Source: an uncultured Armatimonadetes bacterium (GTDB lineage Bacteria > Armatimonadota > Hebobacteria > Hebobacterales > Hebobacteraceae). From it: a stretch of DNA of 64,000 bases. The stretch spans positions 3,168,001 through 3,232,000 of the forward strand of contig OY970296.1 of assembly GCA_963716175.1 (NCBI GenBank), written 5' to 3'. How positions within the stretch are numbered: the first letter of the stretch is position 1; each line of letters opens with the position of its first letter. Both the position numbers and the translations under genes were made by a program. Shown one piece after another: positions 11,464 to 22,490 of the stretch. Under the pieces are notes generated by a model, which saw nothing but the letters and a program-made list of their open reading frames with translations, ran no database searches and was not told where the DNA came from.

Positions 11464-12684
11464 CTACATCCGGATCCCAAACCACCTCTCCGCCGCCCGC
11501 CACATCACTCCCTCCGCGTAGCGCAGCCCTTCCCTTCGCGTCCAGTACCCGCCCTCCACCTTGTCTGCCACCGCCTTCGCCAGGCAGTCCTTGAAGGTGA
11601 GCGCGGCGGCATAGCTTTCCTCGGCGTGCCAGTTGTCCCCACCCCAGAGCAGGGTGTCGGCGCGGTAGGCCACCTCCGCGTACTCCTGGTACACGCGCAC
11701 CGCGGCCGAGGGGGAGATGATTGGCAGCCAGCAGGTGTCCACGATCAGATTGGGCCGCTCCGAGGCCATCGCCAGCACATCATCCATCCAGGGATAGCCC
11801 ACGTGGAAGAGGTCGAAGGTGGTGTTGGGGTTGCTGTCCAGCAGCCACATCAGCCGCTGGGGGTGCGAGGTCGCTTGCCGCGCCAGGCCGGCGTGGACCT
11901 GGAAGACCAGCCCATATTCCGCGGTCTTCTGCGCCAGCAGGTTGAGGATGAAGTCGCCGAACTCCTTCTGCTCCCGCGGATCCCGCGTGCCGGTGTCGAA
12001 GATCCGCTCCGCCTCGCGTCGGCTCACCGGCCCCACATCAATGTCCCGCTCGTAGGCCAGCGCCGACTTGATCGCCACCGCGCCTCTCCGTTTGTGTTCG
12101 GCCACCCAGAAGTCCACCCACCCCAGGTAGTCGTCGAAGCTGGAAATGCCGCGGCCGAACTTGGCGGCGAAGGCGAACGGGTTATTGCCGCCGTGATCCA
12201 CTGCCGACCGATCATAGCCATGCACCAGCATGTGCGACCGCAAGGCCAGGTGAAAGCTCGGCTCCGCGTGCACATAGCCCGGCTCCGGCAGAGGATCAAC
12301 GATGGTGTGCTGGATTCCCGCCTTTCGCAGCACACTCAGCGCCCAGCCTGGCTCCTGGTAGGCGCCCGCCACCTTTTCGGCCAGCCCAGCCAATGCGCCC
12401 TCATCTCTCTGCCTGACATCAGTCCCATACAGCTCGCTCAGCCCCCGCAGCAGTGAGACCGTGTACGCGTTGTAGCGACCCGGCTCCAACCACCTCGCCA
12501 GCGAAGGCGCTCCTGGCTCGAGCTCGCTGTCGTGCGCGGTCCAGCCCACATAAGACTCGCGGAAGATGTCGTAGAGCGTTGTCTCCGGCGAGTCCCACTT
12601 CTCCCCGTAGTGCTCGTGCGTGTCAATGATGGGGATCTCGTCGAGAGCTTTGCGAAGTGATCGGAACTCGGTGCCAGTGAACAT
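11464..12684 (-). CDS. Amidohydrolase family protein
   Basis: IIDTHEH, FQVHAG, DLFHVGYPW, WGGD metal-binding pattern. Confidence 0.85.
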   Translation of the reverse strand: MFTGTEFRSLRKALDEIPIIDTHEHYGEKWDSPETTLYDIFRESYVGWTAHDSELEPGAPSLARWLEPGRYNAYTVSLLRGLSELYGTDVRQRDEGALAGLAEKVAGAYQEPGWALSVLRKAGIQHTIVDPLPEPGYVHAEPSFHLALRSHMLVHGYDRSAVDHGGNNPFAFAAKFGRGISSFDDYLGWVDFWVAEHKRRGAVAIKSALAYERDIDVGPVSRREAERIFDTGTRDPREQKEFGDFILNLLAQKTAEYGLVFQVHAGLARQATSHPQRLMWLLDSNPNTTFDLFHVGYPWMDDVLAMASERPNLIVDTCWLPIISPSAAVRVYQEYAEVAYRADTLLWGGDNWHAEESYAAALTFKDCLAKAVADKVEGGYWTRREGLRYAEGVMWRAAERWFGIRM

Positions 12685-12731
12685 GGCGCTCGCCTATCCT
12701 CCTCCATGCGCGTGCCTCGGCGGGCACGCGA

Positions 12732-13406
12732 TCATCGCGCCAAGGCCTTCACGAACCGCTTCGTCAGGTCTGTGGGCCGGGTGATCGCGCTCCCTACCAC
12801 CACTGCCCACGCCCCCAGGTCCAGCGCGCACCGCGCCTCCGCCGGCGTCGCAATCCCGCCTTCCGCGATCACCGGCACTCTCACCGCGCGGACGACGGCG
12901 TCCAGCAAGCCCCAGTCCGGCCCCTCGCCCCGCTTGCTGTAGGCGGTGTAGCCGCTCAGGGTGGTGGCGACGAGGTCGGCGCCGGCCTGCTCGGCCGCGA
13001 TCGCTTCCGCGACTGTGGAAATATCGGCCATCACCGGCAGCTTGAGCTCGGTCCTGATGCGGTGGACCAGCTGCTCCATGCTCACGCCCCCCGGGCGGGG
13101 CCGCGGGGTGCAGTCGAGCGCGATGATCGCGGCGCCAGCTTCCGCGATGCGCTGGGCGTCCTCGAAACGCGGCGTGATGTAGACCTCGAAGCCCTCCAGG
13201 TAGACCTTATCTATCCCGAGAATGGGAAGGCCGCACATCGCGCGAATGGCTGACATGTCCGGCCACTTCGCGCGAATCCCCACCGCGCCGCCCAACTCCG
13301 CGGCCCGGGCGAAGCGCGCCATCAGCCCGGGCTCGTAGAACGGGCTTCCCTCCTCCGCCTGGCAGGAGACAATCAGTCCGCCTTTGATCTGCTCAATCAC
13401 GCCCAT
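12732..13406 (-). CDS. nanE: N-acetylmannosamine-6-phosphate 2-epimerase
   Basis: LIVSCQA, GAVGIR, YITP, MADIST, TTLSGYT, VVVGSAITRP. Confidence 0.95.
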   Translation of the reverse strand: MGVIEQIKGGLIVSCQAEEGSPFYEPGLMARFARAAELGGAVGIRAKWPDMSAIRAMCGLPILGIDKVYLEGFEVYITPRFEDAQRIAEAGAAIIALDCTPRPRPGGVSMEQLVHRIRTELKLPVMADISTVAEAIAAEQAGADLVATTLSGYTAYSKRGEGPDWGLLDAVVRAVRVPVIAEGGIATPAEARCALDLGAWAVVVGSAITRPTDLTKRFVKALAR

Positions 13407-13523
13407 CGGTCCACATCCTTCCTGTCATTCCGAGCGACTTGCCCTGCGAAGCTTCAGCGCAGCAGGGCGCGAGCAATGCCGTCATTCTCTGCGCCCTTCG
13501 TGCCCCTGCGGTGAATCCTGCTA

Positions 13524-14267
13524 TCAGAAATTCGGCCGCGCCTTCGGAAACAGCGCGGCCACCACTTCCGCCTCCCGCGCGGACAGCTTCAGGCGACCGG
13601 GCAGGCCCAGCTCCTCCGGCGTGTCGCGGCCCATCAGCATCCGGAAGAAAGTGAGCGGATCGAGATCGAGCCGCAGATCGGGCGAGGGCGAGTGGTCCAG
13701 CGGCCGCAGCCAGTCCTTGGTGAATTCGAGGAAAGCCTGCTGCCCGGAGCACGAGATCGCAATGGTCCCGAGGAAGGATTCGCTCAGCCTCTTCGCGCGG
13801 GCCTGGAACACCGGCACGGTCCGGGAGAACAGCGACTTGATGTTGATCAGGCGCCACAGCAGATACTGCTCCGGCTCCGGGAAGGCCACCCAGCCCGCCT
13901 TCTGGTAAATGGGCACGCCCGAGTAGACCGAGCTGATATCGAAGCCTCGCAGATAGAGGAACTGGGCCGCGACATTGAGGAGGGCGGTCATGTACCCCCG
14001 GCCGCGGTGGCGCGGATGAGTGCAGACATCGCCGATCTCGGCCGAGCGGATCAGGCAATCGCCCACCCGCCGGCCCCGATCGAAGATGCGGATATGGCTG
14101 GCGATCTCGCCGTCCGCGACCAGCACCAGCGAGGACGCGCTCGCGCCCATTCGCTTGAAGCCGTCGGAGAAATAGCCCCGGTTGGCATCCATCACCTCGG
14201 CCAACAGATCCAGGCACTGGTCCCACTCGTCTTCTCTCAGCCATCTGATGTCATAGGCCATGTCCAC
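13524..14267 (-). CDS. GNAT family N-acetyltransferase (Eis-like)
   Basis: IGDVCTHPRHRGRGYMTALL acetyl-CoA motif A; YQKAGW. Confidence 0.85.
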   Translation of the reverse strand: MDMAYDIRWLREDEWDQCLDLLAEVMDANRGYFSDGFKRMGASASSLVLVADGEIASHIRIFDRGRRVGDCLIRSAEIGDVCTHPRHRGRGYMTALLNVAAQFLYLRGFDISSVYSGVPIYQKAGWVAFPEPEQYLLWRLINIKSLFSRTVPVFQARAKRLSESFLGTIAISCSGQQAFLEFTKDWLRPLDHSPSPDLRLDLDPLTFFRMLMGRDTPEELGLPGRLKLSAREAEVVAALFPKARPNF

Positions 14268-14303
14268 TCATCTCCTCGTCAAGGTTCGTCGGATTCGCGC
14301 GTG

Positions 14304-15281
14304 CTACTTCGCACCGACTACTGCCGACCCCGCCTCCAGGTTGGCCAGCACCTGGGGCGTGATCCGGACTTCCGCCAGCTTGAGCGCCAGCAGCACCGCG
14401 GCCATCACCGGCGGGAAGCGCGGCTCTGCGAACACTGCTCCCGGGACGTGGCGCCTGACTTCTCGGCGGAAGCTGCGCCTAACCTGCTCCGAGCCGCGCA
14501 GCACGCCGCCCACCATGCTCACGGTGACGCGACCTCGGGCCATGGCGAGTCGCTCCGCCACCACGCCGGCTGACAGGCCCAGCTCGCGGCCCGCCCGCGC
14601 CAGGACTTGCCGCGCCGCCCGGTCGCCGGCCGCGGCCGCCTTCGGCACCACCGCGGCCAGCGCCGCCATCCCGGCCCGCGAGAGCTTCCCGGAGTAGACG
14701 AGCGCATGCAGCTCCCATAGCCCGCTTGCGCCGGCCTCGGCGAGCAGCAGCGGGGTTAGCGCCGTCGCCTCCGCCCGGCCATCATGAGCCCGGCAGGCCG
14801 CCGCTATCGCCTGGCGTGCGATCCAGAAGCCCCCGCCTTCGTCGCCCAGCAGGTACCCCCAACCGCTGGCGACTGCCTCCCGGCCGCGGGCGTTGCGGCC
14901 GTAGGCGATGGTGCCCGTGCCCGCGATCACCACCACTCCTGGCTTGCCGCCGGTGACGCAGGCCAGCGCGGTCACCGCATCGTTCTCGAGTTGGAAGCGC
15001 CTGGCCGCCACAGACCCTCTCACCGCGCGTCTGGTTCGGTGGTCGCCTCCGGTCATCCCGAGAAATGCGCTCGCGAACGCCGTCGGCTTCAGCCGCGCGC
15101 TCCGCCAGGCCCGGGCGATACTGCTGGTCACGGCGCGCTGCGCCCGCGCTACCCCTCCGGGTTCCCAGACATGATCCGCCGGACCGGCGCGGCCCAGGCC
15201 CAGCAGGTTCCCGGCGAGATCACAGATGGCGGCCGTGGTCGCGGTCTGGCCACCATCCATACCCAGGACGAAGCCGCCCAT
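14304..15281 (-). CDS. BadF/BadG/BcrA/BcrD-type sugar kinase (likely N-acetylhexosamine kinase)
   Basis: LGMDGGQT, ENDA, VIAGTGTI, GWGYLLGDEGG; clustered with nanE. Confidence 0.88.
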   Translation of the reverse strand: MGGFVLGMDGGQTATTAAICDLAGNLLGLGRAGPADHVWEPGGVARAQRAVTSSIARAWRSARLKPTAFASAFLGMTGGDHRTRRAVRGSVAARRFQLENDAVTALACVTGGKPGVVVIAGTGTIAYGRNARGREAVASGWGYLLGDEGGGFWIARQAIAAACRAHDGRAEATALTPLLLAEAGASGLWELHALVYSGKLSRAGMAALAAVVPKAAAAGDRAARQVLARAGRELGLSAGVVAERLAMARGRVTVSMVGGVLRGSEQVRRSFRREVRRHVPGAVFAEPRFPPVMAAVLLALKLAEVRITPQVLANLEAGSAVVGAK

Positions 15282-15399
15282 ACCTGCCTCCGCCGCCTCT
15301 TTCGCCGCCGTCCGAGAGGTGTCCTCGCCCGGCCCGCATTGTCGCCGCCCGCGCACCATGCTACAATACGCCCCATCCTGGTCTCGGGCGGGGGTCAGT

Positions 15400-17325
15400 G
15401 TGGATCGCTCTGACAGGCTCTTCCTGCTTCTCCTGCTGATCGGTTTGGCCGCGGCGCTCTTCCTCGCGGTCGGTCGCGCGCGGGTAGAGCGCAGCAACCG
15501 GATCGTCGAGATGGTGGTGGACGCAGACGATGTGCGGCAGTTGGCGATGGCCGCGGGGCTGCCCACCAGCGCCGTGCTCGAGCAGCTCCGCCGCGCCGGG
15601 GCGACTGCGCTGGCAGTGCGGGAGCTGACCATCGGCGAGCTGGTTGACCTGGGAAGCGTGATGCCCATGGCTCTGCCGGGCGGGACCACCCTGGTCTCGC
15701 CTGATCCCGAACTGCTGAGTGTGCTCGCCGGGGCCATTCACGCCAAGCTGCCGCGGGCCGAGGTCGGCCTCCTGGAGTCGCGCGGCGGGGTCGCCATCGT
15801 GCTCCGGGGCCTGGACATGGACCAGCTCATGAAGGTCCCGGTGCTGCTGCGGACCGAGGACGTGCGCGCCGCCCGGGGCGCCGGGCTGCGGCTGGTGGCG
15901 CGCCTCATGAACTTCGCCGCCGCCTCCCCGGAGGCGATCTCCGCCGCGGCCGCGGAGGCGAAGGCAGCGGGAGCCACGCTGGTGATCTTCCGCGAGGACC
16001 AGGTGCTCGGCTTCCAGGATTTGCTGACCGACACCGCCGAAGCTTTCGACCGCAGCCGCCTCCTCTATGGCTATATCGAGATGGTCAGTCAGAAGGGAGG
16101 GGATGCGCTGGCCGCACGGCTGATCCCCCGGCTGGTGCGGGTGCATAGCATCACGGAGGCGGACATGCAGACCATCTCGCCCGCGGTGGCGATTCCACGC
16201 TATGCCCGGGCAGTGGAGGAGCGGAACGTACGCGCCTGCTACGTGCGCCTGATCCTGCGGCCTCAGCCCGATCCCATGGGGAAGAACTCCCGCTACCTGG
16301 AGGCCATCGCCACGGCCCTGCGGGGCCGGGGGTTTCGCATAGGTCCACCTGCCCCGTTCTTCGCGCCAGAGGGATGGCCGCCCAAGTGGGCTCGGGAGCT
16401 GGCGCTGCTGGCGCTGCCCGCCGCGCTCGTGCTGCTGCTGCGCCGGTTGCTGCCACTATCGCAAGTTTGGGCCTGGCTGATCTTCGTCCTGGTGATGGCG
16501 GCAGGGCTGCTGCTGCACCTGGGCCGGCCGGCGCTGGCGGTTCCCGTCTCCGGCCTGGCGGCAGCGTGCATCTTCCCGGCGCTGGCGCTGGCCTGGGTGA
16601 TGCAGTGGGCCCGCGGTCTCCAGGTGCATGTGACCACCGGACGGCTGATCGGCCGCGCGCTGCTGGGCCTGCTGCTCAGTTGTCTGGCGACATTGGCGGG
16701 AAGCATGGTGATCGTCGGCCTCTTCTCGCGGGTGGGCTACCTGGAGGGCGTGGGGCGCTTCCTGGGGGTGAAGCTGGCCTACTTGGCGCCCGTGCTGGTT
16801 ATCCTGGCGGTGGTGGTCTTCGACCTGCCCGGACGAGTGGAGCCTGGCCGCCAATGGTGGATTCGGGTGAGGCTGCGCGCCGGCCAGTTCTTCCGCCAGC
16901 CGGTGAGCATGATCGCAGCCGCCGTGATCCTGATCGCGCTCGCCGCGCTCGCCTTCGCGATCAGTCGCAGCGGCAACCAGCCCGCGGTGGCGCCCACCGG
17001 CGGTGAACTCAAGCTGCGCGGCCTCCTGGAGTCTCTGCTGGTGGTGCGGCCTCGCACCAAAGAGTTCCTGCTGGGCCACCCCGCGCTGATGCTCGCGGTC
17101 GCGCTCTCTCTCCGCGGGCGCCGCACTTGGCTCCCACTGATCGCCGTTCTGGCCGGCGTGGGTCAGGTCTCGCTGCTCAACACCTTCTGCCACTTCCACA
17201 CCCCGCTCTACGTCAGCCTGATCAGGACGGCCAACGGCATCTGGCTGGGTGCCGTGGTGGGAGTGGTGGTGGTCCTGGTGTGGCGGAGGCTATGCGATCA
17301 CCGGCCTCGCCCGACGCGCTCATGA
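15400..17325 (+). CDS. DUF5693-like membrane protein
   Basis: RAVEERNVR, FLGVKLAY, RPRTKEFLLGHP, NTFCHFHTP motifs; directly upstream of csaB. Confidence 0.8.
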   Translation: MDRSDRLFLLLLLIGLAAALFLAVGRARVERSNRIVEMVVDADDVRQLAMAAGLPTSAVLEQLRRAGATALAVRELTIGELVDLGSVMPMALPGGTTLVSPDPELLSVLAGAIHAKLPRAEVGLLESRGGVAIVLRGLDMDQLMKVPVLLRTEDVRAARGAGLRLVARLMNFAAASPEAISAAAAEAKAAGATLVIFREDQVLGFQDLLTDTAEAFDRSRLLYGYIEMVSQKGGDALAARLIPRLVRVHSITEADMQTISPAVAIPRYARAVEERNVRACYVRLILRPQPDPMGKNSRYLEAIATALRGRGFRIGPPAPFFAPEGWPPKWARELALLALPAALVLLLRRLLPLSQVWAWLIFVLVMAAGLLLHLGRPALAVPVSGLAAACIFPALALAWVMQWARGLQVHVTTGRLIGRALLGLLLSCLATLAGSMVIVGLFSRVGYLEGVGRFLGVKLAYLAPVLVILAVVVFDLPGRVEPGRQWWIRVRLRAGQFFRQPVSMIAAAVILIALAALAFAISRSGNQPAVAPTGGELKLRGLLESLLVVRPRTKEFLLGHPALMLAVALSLRGRRTWLPLIAVLAGVGQVSLLNTFCHFHTPLYVSLIRTANGIWLGAVVGVVVVLVWRRLCDHRPRPTRS

Positions 17326-18434
17326 CCCGGCCCTCGCGCCTGCTGATCTCCGGCTACTACGGCTTCGCCAACGCCGGCGATGAGGCCATCCTCGCCGGGC
17401 TGGTGCAGGGGTTCCGAGAGCTGGCCCCTGAGGCGCAGCTCACCGTTCTCTCTGAAGATCCCCTGGCCACCGCGGCCGAGCACGGCGTAGCGGCGGTTCC
17501 CCGTGGGCTTACCAGTGCCTTCTCGGCAATCCAAGATAGCGATCTGTTAGTTAGCGGGGGCGGAGGGCTGCTCCAGGACGCGACTAGTTGGCGCTCTCCC
17601 CTCTATTACCTGGCCCTGCTTTGGCTGGCTCGCGCCTCCCATGTGCCCATGGCCTGCATCGGCCACGGCATCGGGCCGCTGCGCCGGAGCTGGGTGCGCC
17701 GGCTCACGCGGCGCGAGCTGTCTCGGGTGAACCTGCTGGTGGTGCGGGACAAGCTCTCGCTGACTATCCTCCAGGGGCTCGCCGTCGGGCGGGAGATCCA
17801 TGTCGCTGCCGATCTCGCCTTCCTGTTGCCTCCGCCTGGCGAAGACGAAACGGCCGCCGCCTGGGCCAAGGCTGAACTGCCCCAGGACTCCCGCCCGGCC
17901 CTGGGCATCGCGCTCCGCCAACCTTCAGGCGATTCCTCTCCCGACCTCTCGCCCTCCCTCGCTGCTGCCATCGGCGCCGCCTGCCAGCAGCTCGGACTTC
18001 GCCCCCTGCTGTTGCCGATGCAGCACCCGCGTGATCTCGCCGTGGCCGAAGTGGTGGCGCAGCACATGCCGCTGCCGGCCCAGATCGCACGGCCGCGCCT
18101 GACGGCGCGGGAGATGCTGGCCCTGGTCGCGGGGTGCGACCTGGTGGTGGCGCTCCGCCTTCATGCCCTGATCTTCGCCGCGGTGTGCGGACGCCCGATG
18201 GTGGCCATCTCCTATGATCCCAAGGTGGACGGGCAGATGGAGGAGCTGGGCCTGAAGGCCGCCACCTCGGTCGCAGCCTTCGACGCCCAGGCGCTCGGCG
18301 ATGCTCTCGCCCGGGCCTGGGAGCAGAGAACGGAGATCGCCACCTCGCTCGCCGAGCCCGTGGCGCGGCTGCGCGCCGCCGCCCGGCGCAGCATTGAGTT
18401 GGCACTATCGCTCTTGCCAGAGGTCGCGCCATGA
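17322..18434 (+). CDS. csaB: Polysaccharide pyruvyl transferase
   Basis: ISGYYGFANAGDEAIL, SGGGGLLQDATS, RLHALIFA, SYDPKV; ATGA coupling. Confidence 0.92.
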   Translation: MTRPSRLLISGYYGFANAGDEAILAGLVQGFRELAPEAQLTVLSEDPLATAAEHGVAAVPRGLTSAFSAIQDSDLLVSGGGGLLQDATSWRSPLYYLALLWLARASHVPMACIGHGIGPLRRSWVRRLTRRELSRVNLLVVRDKLSLTILQGLAVGREIHVAADLAFLLPPPGEDETAAAWAKAELPQDSRPALGIALRQPSGDSSPDLSPSLAAAIGAACQQLGLRPLLLPMQHPRDLAVAEVVAQHMPLPAQIARPRLTAREMLALVAGCDLVVALRLHALIFAAVCGRPMVAISYDPKVDGQMEELGLKAATSVAAFDAQALGDALARAWEQRTEIATSLAEPVARLRAAARRSIELALSLLPEVAP

Positions 18435-19598
18435 GCCAGAGGCATCTGCTGCCGGCCTGGTTGGCTGCTGTTCTTCTCTTTGCGGTGCTGCCCGCGGTGC
18501 CCAGCGGGGAGGTGGATGTGCCCACGACTCACGAGATCCTCCGCTTTCGCATCGTCAATGATGCCGGCGGAGAGATCGCCGCCAGCTTCGATGGCGGACA
18601 GACCTGGCAGACCGCCGGCCGGGTGATCCGCTATACCACCCAGGTCAACCGCCGCGGATACACAGCGAGCAAATGGGTTCTGCCAGGACACGTGGCGGCC
18701 ACCGCGGTCAACGCCATCCATATCAACGTTGGCTATAACCAGGAGGAGGACCGCGGCGTGGTTTTCTCTCTGCTGCCGCGGGAGATGCTCGCGGCCACTG
18801 CCTCCTACAGTTCCTTCCTCAGCCCGGACTCCTCCATCTACACCGACATCCCGGCCGGCCAGGGCATCTTCGGCGGCGGAGGCGCGCCCCTGGTCGGAAA
18901 CTGCATCTACCAGGAGACGGGCGGCGGGTTGGTGCCCCTCTCGGCGGGATACGTTCCCGCGCGGGGAGGTGCTGGTGGTGATCGTGGATCGCCCGGCGCG
19001 CTATCCCATTGCCGCTGAGTTCGAAAACCAGGCGGGAGGGGCAGTCACCCTGTCCTACTCAGACGGCTCCCGCGAGCTGTTAGGTTGGGTCGTCAAGCCG
19101 GTCCTGGGCGTAGGGCGCTTCCTGGGCGCCGTCTACACCGGCACCGGTCGCATCCGCGCCAACCACACCGGGGTGATAGACATCTCCACCTCGCCCGTAG
19201 GGGAGCTGGGGGCGTTCCAGATCATCCCTTTCGGTCACGCCCTCAGCCCCGAGATGGGCAATGCCTGGGGGCTGACCCAGTGGATGATAGTCGGTCCTCT
19301 CCGCGATAGGTCCTCCCTCTGGGACGGGATCACCCCGCTCTTCTGTCAGCATATCAGGCCCGACTACCTGTCCGACGACCTCTATGGTCAGGACTGGCGA
19401 GTGCGCTTGCTCTCCCGGTTTCTCGCCGAGGTGGACACCGGCCGGGGCTGGCAGCCGTTTCCGGCCATTCGCCTTTCCCCAGACCCCGGCGCGCCTCTCC
19501 CCGGATGGGCCGGGGATGCGCTCAGCCCGGTGAAGCGGGTGCGCATTCTCTTCCCCCTGGCCGAGCGGGGAGCGGTGGAGGTGGTAGCGCGGAAGTGA
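18431..19598 (+). CDS. Secreted hypothetical protein; frameshift near 18960
   Basis: Signal peptide; ORF 18431-19018 continues in the frame of ORF 18729-19598. Confidence 0.65.
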
Positions 19599-19849
19599 GA
19601 AGGGGACGGCACCTATGCGGCGCCGTCCCCGGGTTGGCGCGTCACTGCATGACTGCCGGCCCGGCGGAAGACACTCGTGAGGGCGCGAGCATCCCCCAAC
19701 CGGGCCGCCAAGAAGGGCCCCCCGCAGGAGGCCCTCCTTGACCTCTGTGCCCGTGGGTCGCCTGTCTACAGGCGCCCCTATCTCAAAGCAGCCTCAGCCT
19801 ACCAGTGGCAGGAGTGCCCGCTCCTGGCCAGAGTGCAGCCGAGGGCTGA

Positions 19850-21521
19850 CTATTCGGAGTTTCTCCTCCCCACCGCCGCAAGCTCACCATCAAGCCGGGA
19901 GTGCATGGCCTCGGGCATCGGCTCCGCGTCGCCCTGTTTGCTGACGGCAATGGGCAGACGCACGCACACCCGCGTGCCGAGGCTCGAGTCGCCCTGCATC
20001 AACATGGTTCCGCCCTGCGCGCGGATGATCCGCTCTGCGGCCGCCAGGGCCAGCCCGGTCTCAATGGTACCTCTGTGGGGCACACCGAAGGCCTCGCAGC
20101 TCTTGTCACAGGAATCAGAGGCCTCGCCAGCGCGGGCATCTGCGATCTCGGCCTGCACCCAATCGGCCTCGGAGGCGGTGGTCTGAACTGACAGCCGACC
20201 TCCCTCCGGCATATTGTTCAGCGCGTTCACGAACAGATTCAGGAACGCCTGCTGCACCTGCGCGGGACTAGCCTGGACGCAGGGCAGAACGGTGTAGCAT
20301 TCCTGCACCTCGATCTTCGATGCGCAGTACTCCGGCCGCATCACATCGAGCGTGCTCTGGATGACCTGGTTGAGGTCGGCGCTGTCGCGGGATTCGGATC
20401 CGGAGCGCCGCGCCAGTGCCAGCAATCCCGTCAAGGTCTCGGCGACCCGAGCTGCCAGGCTGCGGACGGCGCCCACTTCGCGCCGGACCAGGTCCGGGTC
20501 CCACTCCTGGCGCTCCAGCAGTTGGTCGGCCTTGGCCATGATTGCGGCCGCCGGGTTATTCACCACATAGGCGACCCCTCCGGCAATCACCCCCAGGCCG
20601 GGTACCCTCTCGGCCTCCGTCAGCTGGGCCTGGGTGGCGTGCAGATCATCCAGCAGCTTGCCGAGACGATCCAGTTGCTTCTGGTTCTCGCCGTAGAGAT
20701 GCGCTTTCTCGAGCGCGATGGAGGCCTGATTAGCAAACGACTGAAGAGTGCTGAGGACATGGCTCGAGAAGGGCTCGTGCGGCTTCAGCCGGCCCACCAA
20801 CAGGGCCCCTACCACTCTCTCTCCGGCCAACAGCGGCTCTGCCGCGAGCGCGCTCAGCTCGTCCCAGGGAAGATCGGGCCGGCTGAACTCCTCCGGCGGC
20901 GCCTGCGGAGACAGGCACATCGCCCGCCCGCTGCGGATGACTATCGCCGCCACCCGTTCCGCCAACTCGACCTGGAGGCCCCGCTGATAGATCGCGGCCA
21001 GGCGCAGATGGCGTACCCCTCCTTCCGCCCGGATCAGCGCCGCGCAGTCGGACTCCGTGACATCGGCGGCGGTGCGCGCGATCAGCTCCAGCAGGCGGGG
21101 CAAGTTGAAGTTCGTGATCAGGGTGTGGCTGAGCTGAGACCAGGTGTCCAGTTGCTGGTTGCGATCTGCCAGCGTCTGCGCGGTCGTATCCAGGGTCTGC
21201 ACCAGGTCCCGGTTCTGGTTCCGCACCGCCGTCAGCTTCTCGTAGAGGTAGGCGCAGATCAGCCAGGCCACCACCAGCAGGGCAGCCGGCAGCGCGTAGG
21301 CCTTGGAGGGCCCCCAGCAGGCGCCCCGTCCATGCCAGCGGGATTCGTTCCTCGATGATCGCGGTGGCGTCCAGCAGGAACAGGCCCACGGCCAGCAGCA
21401 GGAAAAGGCTCAGCGCCAGGAACCAGAGCCGCTGCTCTGCCCGCTCGATCCGCTTCAGCCTCTCCAGACTGCCGACCCCCTCGCCTTCCATGCTTGCCCC
21501 TGCCCTCGCTTGCCTCATCAA
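19850..21521 (-). CDS. Membrane GAF-domain histidine-kinase-like protein with degenerate H and G boxes; frameshift near 21310
   Basis: TM helices, GAF (FANQASIALE), HisKA-like GGVAYVVNNP, N box QAFLNLFVNA. Confidence 0.8.
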
Positions 21522-21785
21522 CTATCCCCCTCCTGCTGTCAGGAAACGGCGCGCCATCCGCCGGCTGTCTCGGGGATGGTGCTCAGGAAGCCGTCGCCGG
21601 TTTGCAGGGCCGCGTTCGCCACGACCCTGGTGTGCTTCTGCTACGGGCTTCATTCCACACTTCCCAGCAGGTTCTGAGACGCTCCCTGGCCGCGTTTGGC
21701 CGCCCAGATAGCCATTCTCCGCTGCTCTGGTTTGTGGAATAAGGCCGAGGGATGGGCCACCGTCCTTGACCCGGGGAGGGAGAGT

Positions 21786-22370
21786 GTGGAGACGCTCCGC
21801 ATTGTCGTGGCGGACGACGAGGAGGCGGTTCGCGCTACCCTGGTAGAGCTGGCCAGTGCCCTCAACCACCAGGTGGTAGGGGAGGCAAGAGATGGCCAGG
21901 AGGCGGTAGCCCTGGCCCGGACCACCTCCCCGGACCTCATCCTGTTGGACATCCGCATGCCTCACCTCGATGGCCTGCAAGCGGCCCACGCCATCAGCGA
22001 AGAGCGACCCGTTCCCATCATCATCGTCACCGCCCATGCCGACCAGGACTTGATAGAGGAGGCGGCCGAGGCCGGTGTGTTCAGCTACCTGCTCAAGCCC
22101 ATCACGCAGCAGCGGCTGGCCGCCGCCATCTCCACCGCCCGCGCCCGCTTCGCCGATCTCCAGCTCCTGCGGTCTGAGGTAGGCGACCTGAAGGGCGCGC
22201 TCGAGGCGCGCAAACTGGTGGAGCGAGCGAAAGGCATCTTGATGCGGGACCTGCGGGTGGGCGAGCAGGAAGCCTATCGCTGGCTCAAGCGCACCAGCAG
22301 CCATCACAACCAGAAGCTCGCCGATATCGCTCGCCGCATCGTCGCCCTGGAGCAGCAGCACCCGCGCTGA
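21786..22370 (+). CDS. ANTAR-domain response regulator (REC+ANTAR)
   Basis: VADDE, LLDIRMP and KP receiver motifs; RKLVERAKGILM..EQEAY ANTAR domain. Confidence 0.95.
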   Translation: METLRIVVADDEEAVRATLVELASALNHQVVGEARDGQEAVALARTTSPDLILLDIRMPHLDGLQAAHAISEERPVPIIIVTAHADQDLIEEAAEAGVFSYLLKPITQQRLAAAISTARARFADLQLLRSEVGDLKGALEARKLVERAKGILMRDLRVGEQEAYRWLKRTSSHHNQKLADIARRIVALEQQHPR

Positions 22371-22456
22371 TACCGCCGGTCCCCGCCTCCTCAGCCCAGG
22401 CCGTGCCCTCCACAGCCGCAGCGCCGCTCCGCTCATGGCAGGCCCAGCCCAGGTTC

Positions 22457-22485
22457 TTGACGAGCGGCTCCCTCCGTGCTATGTT
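22457..22485 (+). promoter_or_regulatory. Sigma70-type promoter
   Basis: TTGACG-17 bp-TATGTT with TG extended -10. Confidence 0.6.
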
Positions 22486-22490
22486 GTACC

